Shown: piece by piece, positions 50,127 through 62,819 of the stretch
Layout: every line of letters starts with the position of its first letter
Position numbering within the stretch: position 1 is the stretch's first letter
Source of the DNA: Raillietiella orientalis
Taxonomy: Eukaryota
DNA: 64,000 bases
Assembly (NCBI GenBank): GCA_036172245.1
Contig: JAYWIR010000009.1
Span: 992,001 to 1,056,000 of the forward strand
Reading direction: 5' to 3'
Made by a program: the position numbers and the translations under genes
Notes under the pieces: model-generated
The model's database searches: none
What the model was told of the DNA's origin: nothing
What the model saw: the letters and a program-made list of their open reading frames with translations, nothing else

Positions 50127-52891
50127 TATGCTGGGAAAGTGATCGGTTGCGGCTCCTGCCTCCGGTTCAGGAGGGATGCTGCTTGGGGACCCTGCAACTG
50201 GACTACCTCGGCGACCCCCTCCGCCTCCATCGGCTCCAGCGCGTCCGAGCGTGGGAGAGTATCAGGAAAAGAGTCCTGAGCTCCCAAGCTCTCTGCACCC
50301 TCGTTTCCGGTGCATTCTCCTTCCTCGGAAGAGTCGATCTTCCTGGGATTCCTGAACTTCCGTCCAGACTTCCGTGGGGGTGCAGACGCGGGTGGTGAGC
50401 TTCCGGCCTCCGGGTCAGAGTCCAAGGTCTCGGACTCCTTCCTGGGCACCGGACGTCCGTCGGCCTTCTTGGCTACCTTGGCATGGCGGACAGCTCCGCC
50501 GCCTTGGCGAAGGCCGCGTCCTCGCGGCTCCTCTCCCCTCCGCCTCGCTGACTGTCTTCACTGCCGCACAGCTGCCGCCGTTGCACACGGCAACGTCCAT
50601 TTTGCACGGCTTCGAGACGTCGGGGATGCGCTGCAAATCAAGCGCACATTTTTTTGGTTCTGAAATTGCGTTTTCCGTGGTTTCTTTGGAGACTGATTTA
50701 CCTTTTTTCTTATTTCTCTTTTTGTAACTGACAATTTGCCAGCCAGTTTCTCTCCTTTGACTTCGACGGCCTGCGTTTCCACAGGCGAAGTGGTCGACGC
50801 GACCTTTTCGGCTGGCTTGAAGTCAGCATTTTTGTCGTTCTTTGACCTGGCTTTGGCAGTTTTGCTTGTTTTGCTGCTTGCAGCAGCCGGACCGCCCGAA
50901 ATCTTTTAGGGGTACACTTCTTTGGTGTGCCCCTTCGTGTCGCACTGGCGGAATGCGACGTTAGTGCATCTTTTTTTGAGGTGCCCGAGGCCTCGCAATT
51001 GGCGCATCACTTCCCCAAGTACCAGAGGTTGACGAGCTCTTCACGGACCACCAGTTTATGAGAAAGCCTTAAGTCCTTGCCCACCGTGATACGCACCGCG
51101 GTGAGCCCACTAAGCATCCCCTCAAATACGTGGAATCTGTTGGGCTTTGCCTACAGTTAGTGGACAGCACCGAATTTTTCGAGTTCTTCCCGTACGGTGC
51201 TCATTGGCATCTGTATGGTTTTACATCCGGGTGCTCCAGGGCGTTTATTTTTCATAAACAAACATGGGTAGGCACATGGTGTTCCATCGTGCTATACCTG
51301 AGGGGCATCCGTAAGGTAATGCCCCTTAGGTGGAACATGATAGAGTCGTCCATCAAAACGGGGAACACCTGAAGGCCCTCGATCTTCACGGGGGTTCGCA
51401 GCAGTCTTTGTGCTAGATCCGCCTCCTTGCAGGTCATCTCTGCGTGCTGATCTCCGCTTCTGATCGTGAGCTCCATCAGGTCTTCCTTCCTCACGTTCAG
51501 TCGGCACAGCTTCTCCTCGAAGGAACGCGCAGGGCAATCATCGAAAACCCTGCCTACCTTGTAGAGTAGGCTAGGGTTGTGTCCGTAGGCCATGTAAGCC
51601 TCGACCTCACCCATGGCCGCTGTAGACAGCACAACGACCACGGCCCTGTATTCCCCCGCCGGCGCGGGAAATGAAACTTCGGGGATGCTTCCACCTCCCT
51701 GGGTACGGGGGACGATCTTTCAATGTCTTCCTGGAACGGTGGATTGAGGCATTTCTGCCATTCCTCTTCCACCATTGACGCACCACAACAACACCAAGTG
51801 AAGCCAAGAGTCGAGAGCTCCAAGAAAACACATTCGGGTCCGAGAGTGGCACAACGCGAGCTTCAAGTTTATGGTTTGCTAAGTACCTCAAGAGCCGGTC
51901 GCGTGCCTCGAGGCTCAAGTGGCTTTTTACACATACTGCTTTGTTTCCACGCTACTCCCCTGCGGCAGTCCGCAAGGGGACGCGTAATCTTTTAGGATAG
52001 CGGACACCCTGGGATGGGGGTCCGCCTAATGAATCCAGGAAAGGCTCGGAGTCCGTTCCTCTCACGCTTGGGGAGAGATCCCCTCAGATGGGGGAACGCA
52101 CCTCCCATCCTGGTTCTCTCCGAAGGGGCATCCCGAAGGGAATCTCCTTTCTCATTCTTCCCTGATGAATATCCCCCTAATGGGGAGGGTGGTCCTCTCC
52201 GCTTCATCTTCGCCAAACAAAACCCGGGAAAGGATCCGCTAATAGGAATTTCTTCTCCGGAGGGTACCCACAAGGGAACCGCTACTGTTCACTCCTCTGA
52301 AGAGAACCCCAAAGAGACGCTTCCGAAATTCACAAGCAGCGCTGCAGCTTCTTGTAGGGGGATCGCTCTCGCTTGCTTCCTTGCACTATCCTAGGGGCGA
52401 CGACTTAGAGGGTTCCTCCCGCAACAGGATGCACGTCCGATCCTTTAATCAACTGGAGAGGCGCCTGTGAAGACTCCTTCTCCATCTTGAAACCGGATGG
52501 GTCCCCCCGTTGTACGACCGGAGTGGGAACTTCCCACTCTTTTATTCCTGGGAGGACCCGAAGATCGCCTCCCACTGTTCCGGCCTTCATCGGGGGCCTC
52601 CGGCTTAAACCACCACCGGTGCCACTTCCGAATGTCTCGGCCAACCAGTGCCATTGCAGAGGAAACCCAACGACGCAGTGGCGTCAGTTTCTGCCGGAGT
52701 ATTCGAGCCCGCGACGCATGGTGTCACGCGCGGAAGTCTTAACCACAAAGCCTCCCACGCGGGAGAGCTTCAAGTTACAGAGCACCCTGACAGGAGACCA
52801 CCCTATGAGTCTAGGAGCACTCCGGAAGGAGGAATCCTCAGAGGCTTGGGAGAAAATCCCGGAGAGGACCCTACACCCTGGTTCTCTCCGA

Positions 52892-53742
52892 TTTTCATAC
52901 GGACACGTCAAGGAGATTTATAAGAATTCAAAATAGACTAACAATTGTGGTGGCAGACGTGGTTTAATCATACTCAGTTTATCCATGGAACTTCCGAACC
53001 GCCGTTCTGCAGACCGAGAAGGTTCATCTAAGCAACGAAGGGAAGAAAAATAAACCAAGAATAAATGAAAAAAATATGCCGGGTTGGAAAAGGAGAAAAG
53101 TCGTCTGGAGGGAATTCTCTGCATCCTTTCGAGGATGGGGCTAGGCGGGCCCTGATTGTACCTATGGGGAACCAACCATCTTACCGTTATCCGCCGAAAT
53201 CGATGTGAGTACTGGATGGCATCCCTCTCGTTCGGTAATGCTTCAGCGTCGCAGCAGGCCGCCACAATCCTGCGGATGCAAAGCGAAGAGAGGCTAAGGT
53301 TGCGACTGGCGATAAGGCATGTGAAGAGGCATGAGTCGATAACTAGGATTCGTAGGATCGCACCAAGATGTTTCCGAAGAGGCCGGAAGGCAACACGGTC
53401 CACAAGCAGGCTGCCCGTGCCACGCACCGGCCACAGTGCAGGTTCACATTTCCCAGAGTCCAGTGGTAGCGACGTGCGTTGCAGGGAAGAACCGGGAGCA
53501 GCAGCAGAAGTGCCGACTCGTGCCACTTCAGGGAGAGGGAGTGCTGTGCTGGAGCACTGAGGGCAGCTCCAGGTGTTCCGATGGAATACCGGGCAGCTTG
53601 TCCCAACGTTGTGATGATCGTGGAAGAACGCTCGAGGTCGCAGCATCCGCCAGCTGCCTCATGGTCCGTCAACTCTTTGACTACTGCCTGCCTGCGATCT
53701 CGCAGGAGACATCCCACGTTGGCTATTGGCTGATCAGGAAGG
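52892..53742 (-). mobile_element. 3' fragment of a Tx1-like non-LTR element (element E)
   Basis: VLPCNARRYHWTLGNVNLHCGRC resembles the ORF2 C-terminal zinc-finger region; T-rich 3' UTR on the minus strand; 53099-53721 is near-identical to 60326-60948. Confidence 0.65.
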
Positions 53743-53803
53743 GCTTAGGAAACCGGGTTCCTGCAAAGTGGTTTCTTCTGTGCGAGCGGTGGTTGCGATG
53801 ACG

Positions 53804-54625
53804 ATGTGGGAAGCAAGAACTCTGCTCCTGATCTGCTTGGGCTTGTGTACTCTGGTGGCTACTAGCGTGTCCTTTACGAAAGAATGGAACTCTTTCAAGG
53901 TGGCGCCCTCTTCCGCCGAGCGACTGCTGGCGCCTAACGTCCGTCGTTGTGGCCGCCATCCACCACGGGGGGTCGCTGGCTTCCTCCGTTCGCTCTCTTC
54001 CTGCCTTGCAGGACGGTGACCGACGAACGCGAAAGACTCTTCCAGCTATATCGCACTGCGTGCGGGCGATGCTGCGCTTTTACTTTGCTGTTGACTTCAC
54101 CGCACCTCCTCAACTAGGGCGCAGGTGGAACGTTCGCACAAGATCGGCGCACAAGCGAGTATTTAAGTGGTCGACCCGGAGTGACATTGGCGACAAAAGG
54201 TCACCACCACTCGTGACAAGTGTTCAGGGCGCGATTTGGAATACGGAAACGCGGTGGGCAGGAGACGTTCCTTCCTCACGGAGCACCAGACTTTCGAAAC
54301 TCCAAGGCACGGAAGCTAACGAACGCGCTTCCGTCTTGACCGCGCCACTGCGAAGAAGGCGGTTTTCGGATGCGCCTGCAACGAGAGATGCGTGAAACGT
54401 TCCTTTCTTCTTGCTTTTCAGCTCCAGCACGGCAAGAAGTACCGCAACCTGAAGGAGGAGACCCACAGGCATTCCGTGTTCCTCAAGAACAAGCAGCTGA
54501 TTGACGAGCACAACGAGAAGCACGCGAGAGGCGAGAAGACCTTCACGCTGCGCCTAAACAAATACGCTGACCTGGTGAGAGTCGCGGGCCCCCTCTTCTA
54601 CCCTTCCGCATTGTGCCCGAGGGAG
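53804..54625 (+). pseudogene. Truncated cathepsin L copy: signal peptide exon (53804-53899) and I29 propeptide exon (54422-54574) only
   Basis: Exons 1-2 and the 522-nt intron 1 are intact. Homology stops at 54625 inside intron 2, so there is no catalytic domain. The upstream GATA/TATA-like region of the other copies is replaced by retrotransposon sequence. Confidence 0.85.
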
Positions 54626-55337
54626 TTTTGCGAACGCTATGAGGAGGAGCCTGCTTCCCTGGTGCGAAGATTATGCACGCTGATCCGAGATTGGGAAGCA
54701 CCCGCCTCGCTCCATCTCCTGCCTCGACACCACGTCATTATCATCATACTGTTACTATCAGTAAATGCTCTCTTTCCTGGAGGCGATCCAGGAACGTATA
54801 ACGATAGCTATAGGTAAAGGGTTGAGGTGGGTGAACTTATTGTTCCGAAACACCAGCATGATGTCGGGAATAATTTTCAGAATGCTTTCGCTGGTGTTCA
54901 ACTTAATTCCGGCGCGACCCCGGCACTACCTCGTTTTGCAACGAATTGCAGGAAGATCACGAGGAAGCAGTTGGGAATTTACTCTTCAACAGCATTTCAT
55001 TTCACTTTTGAATTATCCTTCCCCCGAGATAAGCACCATTCAAATGAAGAAAGGTGAATCTCCATCCGCAGTGACTGCGGGCGCCTTCAGACGTTCCAGA
55101 TTTCCATTCCTCACCAAATGCACGGAGCGAGCCCCGCTCCATGTCAGTTTCGCCCTAGATAACCGAATGAGCCGTAAGTGCTGCCCGCAGGACTCTCCTC
55201 CGAGAAAAGTGATTTTATTTTTAAGTGATCAAGTAACACCACGGTCCATGAGGAAAAATTATCCACGTGGGTTACATACAAAGAGAACAAGAAAAGAGCA
55301 CGCAAAAAGCCCTTGAGGTTCAGGAAAAAGCAGGAGG

Positions 55338-57320
<1,983 letters not shown>

Positions 57321-58299
57321 CGTTGTCGCAACCACCGCTTGCACAGAAGAAACCACTTTGCAAGAACCCGGTTTCGGTCTTTGCGGCACTTACTCCGCTG
57401 CCTTTTCAATTTATTATGCATGGCTCTTTGCTTATCTCAACAAGTCTTGACGCTTCCAATGTCTTCATCCAATGGCGCTTGAGAGTGTTGAAGTGCTGCG
57501 AGTTTCTCAGGGAACCCTTTCTCTGGGAAAACCGACCTGTGTATTCCATGTCTTTTTCCTGGAATCGTTTCGAGACTTTCCTGATAGCACGGGGCTCACA
57601 CGCCGCACCTCGAATGGCTTAGAAACTTTTTTGGCTGCAACCACTTCGTGGGTTTCGTGAATTTCCTCTCTAATTCTCCAGTGTCTACCTCGACATGGAA
57701 CTCATCCTGACCACTGATGTGCCCGAGGCGTTTGGTCAGGATGGAACCAGAAACTTACACCGTTTTCTCCCTGAGAACGCCCTTCGTGGAGTTGAGATTG
57801 CTGAAGGGCGCCGCTCGCTCATTCGCTGCCACCACGTTGAATAAGTTTGGCTGCCCACCATAGACATTCCGATGTCCTCTATGGGAGACGTGAATTTCCA
57901 ACGAGTTCGGCGTTTCCCGATGGCCTCCTGCTCGATGCACGTGGGGAGAGGAATTGTTTACTGGGGTACCCCCAACAGATGCGCTGCATTCGTCCATTGG
58001 GTCGATCGCGTTGCCGAAGGAACGTAAGTCGCGGAAGCACCACATGACGCAAACAACGCGTGCTGATGGCTCCACAGGAATGGAACGAGGACAGAATAGG
58101 TGGTGTTTCCACCGCTTAGGAACGAAAGGCGTGCTGTATCCGTGAACGCATTTTTTTTTTGTCTCCGGCGGACCCATGCGAAAGTCATTTTCGGAACGTT
58201 TTTGATTTCCAGCTTCTGAATTTCCAGCAATTTTTGAATTTTCATATGCCAGCTGCAGGGTGATCAAACTAAAAGTGTCATGATTTGCTCAGATAAGCT

Positions 58300-59970
58300 T
58301 GGAGTAGCTTATCAGAAATTGGTCAGCTGGCCGAAAAGGAGTTGTCAGGATTTCATGAGAGCTTCTGCTATGCAAGCCGGTGCTGCTTCAACCATATAAC
58401 AAGCAAGAACTCTGCTCGCTCTCTGCTTGAGTCGGTGGGAGTCCGTTGCTGCAGGCGTGTCCTTCACGAAAGCAGAAGTGTCATTCAAGGTGATTGCCTC
58501 GTCCACTTAGCGGCTGTTGGTGGTGCGTGTCTGGTGCGGTTTCGGACTCTCAATGCAGAGTACGCTTTCGTTTTCGTTCTTCCTGTCTGGCAGAGAGTGA
58601 CTGAGGAGCGCAGAAAGCACCTACAGGTCCATTGCGCTGCGCACAGGAGAAGGTGCATGTGGAATTTCACCACCATTTCACCATATCTTTGAATCCGAGC
58701 GCTTCCTGGTTCTGCCGTGTTGAGCATCACAGGTCACCATCCTTCCCCGGCGCTACGAAGTCCTCTAAGTGATTTCCGGAACTGGCCGCTACCCACTTTT
58801 CTCTGCGGCACCGGATTCTGTTCAGAAAGCTCCACTGGATAGGAAGGTGGGCAAACAAAGGAGTGGAGTCGAGGGAGTGTCCTGCGAATGTGTTCCAGAT
58901 GGTGTTCTGTTTCTGAGAAAGAAAGTTGCCATCGAGATAGAAGCCAGGATCTGCCCTCAGAGCCGTTGGAAACTTTCGTTGCACGCATATGCGGCGCAGA
59001 TGCTGATAGAGTACTTGAAGTATCTGCCCGTAGGGAATCCTTGGCAGGTCTAGTTCTACTGTCCCTCCCACGATGCTTTAACTGGAATGACTACGGAGTT
59101 GGCTCTGTTGACTTACATCCCATTCCCCGACGGATGAGCTCGGAGGTCTCGGGCTCCTCCGCAGGGGTGGACATGGGCAGAGAGAGAAGAAGGCAGCCCT
59201 GGCCGGCGTGCACGCTCGAGGCAGATTGCTCAGCGTCAGCCTGCATGCCTTCAGTTCGAACTCGAAGAAGACGTCGTCCGTGGTCCTTCCTGATGCTTCC
59301 ACGCACGGGCGCACAGCACGCATTGCATCCGCTGGACGAGATTAACTTTGTTCGTCGCGAGAGCTGGAAAAGAAAGCAGGTGGGGTCTCAAATTCCCCGG
59401 AAGCTTCGCAGGAGGTCCAGGGTAAGTTCCAGGTGGAGCGCTGCATGAGGACAGACTGCGACATCAAAAACTTCTGTCGTTTGTGCCGTCTGGCAGGTAC
59501 TCCAAGGGCAGACGGTTGCCGCGTTCGCCGTTACGAGGCTGTCCACGGGAAAACCATGCTGCCCTGGTCGGCACCAAGAAGAGTTTGGTGTGCACAAACC
59601 TCTTTGGATTGACATCACGGCTCGCCTGTTCTTACCAACGAGTCCGCCACACTTCACAGGAGAGCGAGATCCCCTTCAGAATGCTGGCAATTTCAGCCGG
59701 TGTCTCGCCCAGGTGTGGCCATCTAGAGACGGTCTTCAGGAAGATCGACACCCAGTGGATTCCGTACTTGTCATTTCGATCTATACTTCTCGCGTTTCAG
59801 GCCGCCACGATTCCTCCAGGACAACAGAGCGCCGAGTTCCGGCTGCAGGCTGTGCGGAAAGCACCAATAGGCATTTGCAAATGTCCATGGGATCGCCAAC
59901 CGGGAATACGAGGATGGCATCGAGGCGATGCTGAAGAGCCGTTTGCTTCCTTAGCGGACTCACGAAGCTA
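58300..59970 (+). mobile_element. Possible very decayed non-LTR reverse transcriptase remnant (element H)
   Basis: Only faint, ordered motif echoes (SGVEGVSCE resembling PGxDG..E; ALHPLDEI resembling YADDI; GRYSKG resembling RYLG) and retroelement-like composition. Confidence 0.3.
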
Positions 59971-62560
59971 TTGATTCGGTCCACGTCACTCGAAGTTCAT
60001 ATCACTCATTCATATCAGGAAGCATCCCCGCAGAGACCACCACATGGAAACCAGGGAGGCTCCAGAGGAAGGAATCCGTTCTTTATGTGTTTCGTAGGAA
60101 ACAACGAAGGGAATTGTCTCCGCTCCGGGGCGTTCATGAAAGCTAAAAGGGCTTACTCTTTCCTTGCGGTAGGACAGAGTTCTCCTTGGACCTGCCCGCT
60201 TGACGGTATGAAGGCTCCATCACCTCAACAGCGTAGAGACCTCGTAGAAAGCAAAAGCTGAAATCAGAAAATGGATAGTGAATAAAAATAAATAAAAACA
60301 ATATGAAGGGCTGGAAAAGGATCACAGTCGTCTGGAGGGACTTCTCTGCATCCTTTCGAGGATGGGGCTAGGCGGACCCTGATTGTACCTATGGGGAACC
60401 AACCATCTTACCGTTATCCGCCGAAATCGATGTGAGTACTGGATGGCATCCCTCTCGTTCGGTAATGCTTCAGCGTCGCAGCAGGCCGCCACAATCCTGC
60501 GGATGCAAAGCGAAGAGAGGCTAAGGTTGCGACTGGCGATAAGGCATGTGGAGAGGCATGAGTCGCCAACCAGGATTCGTAGGATCGCACCAAGATGTTT
60601 CCGAAGAGGCCGGAAGGCAACACGGTCCACAAGCAAGAGGCCCGTCCCAAGCACCGGCCACAGTGCAGGTTCACATTTCCCAGAGTCCAGTGGTAGCGAC
60701 GTGCGTTGCAGGGAAGAACCGGGAGCAGCAGCAGAAGTGCCGACTCGTGCCACTTCAGGGAGAGGGAGTGCTGTGCTGGAGCACTGAGGGCAGCTCCAGG
60801 TGTTCCGATGGAATACCGGGCAGCTTGTCCCAACGTTGTGATGATCGTGGAAGAACGCTCGAGGTCGCAGCATCCGCCAGCTGCCTCATGGTCCGTCAAC
60901 TCTTTGACTACAGCCTGCCTGCGATCTCGCAGGAGACATCCCACGTTGCCTTTCGGTTGCTCAGGAAGGACATCGTTGCTGCGAGGGAAGTCCCCTTCGT
61001 CCACGCGCTCATGCTGGGATTCTCGAGGATCCTCCGCCGTGAGCAGCGGATGTTGATTCCCAGTCGCAAATAGTTCCATTCTTCGGAGCACAGCTTGCTC
61101 ATCTTTGCCCAGGTGCCAACACCATCCTCCAGACAGGCGCTCGGGTTGGCGGGGAGATAGGCCATCCAGCCGTTGTACGTCGCCAAGGTGGCCATGCGCC
61201 CGACAAGGAGGCCGAATTTTCTCACTTTTATGCCGGAAAACAAAAGGTAGGAGGAAAGTATTTCTGTACAAGATACACGCCTGTAGAGGAGGCAAGAAGG
61301 AACGCACCGGTAAAGGCTTCAATATTTTGCTGCAATTGCCAGGAATGCAGCCAGAAATCAAATGTTAGGAACCAAGGGTGCAGGATTTGCGATTTGGAAC
61401 GGACGCACGTGATAGGCACAGCAGCAGGTGCCAACTACTCCGTGCCGTGAACAAAATGAAGGGAACAGCTTCCCCAGGTTCTCGGTTTGCATCTTTGGGA
61501 AACGAGGCTATCAAATCACACAAAGTAATGACATTCAGCTGCAAATCACGTTCGAAAAAGAAGGCAAATTGAAGTTCAGAGGCAACAGCACGGCTGCTAC
61601 TAGCGCGTGCCTCCTTACTACAAGTCAAAATAACACCTTCGGGCACAGAAGAAAACGATTCCGGTGGAGCAGAAACAAAGAATTCCCCTTCGAGAATCGT
61701 CAGCCTGAGCATCCTCGTGCACTCCTGGATCCTCTCACAACTCGGCTTTCGGAAAGAAAGCGGCAGAAAGCACGCTCGATTTAGACCAAAGTGGAACAGC
61801 ACTTCCTCGAAACGACACCTACAAAAATGCTGCGACAAAGAAGAACTTCTGCAGGCACATGGCAGATGCACTGTGCTTGGCCCGCTTCTCCTTGCTTGCC
61901 GCCGTCCTGCAGTTTCCTCATGAAGAAACTCGCTACGCATTGCATCCGAATCGCTCTGTTGTTAATTCCGATAGATGCACGTGCACCTCGAAGATCCAGT
62001 CAGCATGCAAACGTGTCTCCCGGAATTCCAGCTCCCAAATGAGCAGAGAAACATCCAGGCAAAAGATGGCCAGCTCCATCCATCCTGACTCACGCTGTTT
62101 CCGAAGCAACCACGAGGCACTCCCAAGTCGCTATTAGCACAAATTTTCCCTTGGCCTCATGCATCCTTCAAACGAACGAGCGCATGTCAGACTGCCGTCT
62201 AAGATAGCAGCAACCTCTCCAAGTAGCTCGAGACTCCCATCCGTAGCTTCACACGTTGCAACCGCGTAGACCACGAAACACTCAGAACAACACATTCCCA
62301 CGTCGCTATTTCCAGACACGTCGCCATTCCACATAGCGATGGCACGTCAACATCGGTGTCACAAAGAATAGAATTTCGTTCGTTCAAGCAGACCGAGAGG
62401 CGAACTAAAGCAACCAACAGGAAGCAGGAGTTCACCGCTGGAAACCCGGAGGATTGCCGCAACCGCCTTCTTCGAAAGACATGCAGGTGCGACCGACCAT
62501 CATGGCAACCACGTAGGCGTCAGCAGGAGCGTCACCAAATCTGCTTAGATTTGCAAACAA
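59971..62560 (-). mobile_element. Degenerate Tx1-like non-LTR element (element F)
   Basis: Shares 60326-60948 with element E; long residual ORF 60414..61361; 3' terminal motif like that of E and B; weak RT remnants upstream. The 5' boundary is approximate. Confidence 0.6.
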
Positions 62561-62670
62561 AAGAACCGTCCCATTTTCCAAAAAAAAACACTCGCGGACT
62601 CTCACGCCCGTCACTGAGGATGAGTTCGCCTGAGAACTTTTCAATATTTCGGCATTCCGAGGAATCAGTT

Positions 62671-62819
62671 GATGACGACATTGGAAGCGTCAAGACTTGC
62701 TGAGATAAGCAAAGAGCCATGCATCATAAATTGGAGAGGCAGCGGAGCAGGAGCTGCTAAGACCGAAACCGCGTTCTTGCAAAGTAATTTCTTCTGTGCA
62801 AGCGGTGGTTGCCACAACG
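62671..62819 (+). promoter_or_regulatory. Putative cathepsin L proximal promoter/5' UTR (also at 57321-57469, minus strand)
   Basis: Conserved between the two longer copies; contains AGATAA (GATA site) at about 62703 and TATA-like CATAAAT at about 62725. Confidence 0.4.

Larger units (their letters stand above)
45612..52767 (-). mobile_element. Full-length degenerate L1/Tx1-like non-LTR retrotransposon (element B) with 8-bp TSD CTTCAAGT
   Basis: 5' UTR about 51920-52767; ORF1 about 50126-51918 with two decayed CCHC knuckles (CRGLGHLKKRC; RQCDTKGHTK); ORF2 APE motifs NWNVNG, LLQE, IAGDFNV, IDHIF, SDH; RT motifs MRLLPKG, KAFDYVD, GIRQSDSLNPLLF, AYADD, RYLGVP; C-terminal TCCRRGEQESLPHLNVTC. Frameshifts and stops throughout. 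CTTCAAGT at 45604-45611 and 52768-52775. Confidence 0.9.

Noticed and set aside
52918..53646. 242-aa ORF (and its twin 60322..60873) as a novel duplicated gene
   Set aside because: It lies in the frameshifted 3' end of LINE ORF2; the zinc-finger-like motif is in another frame.
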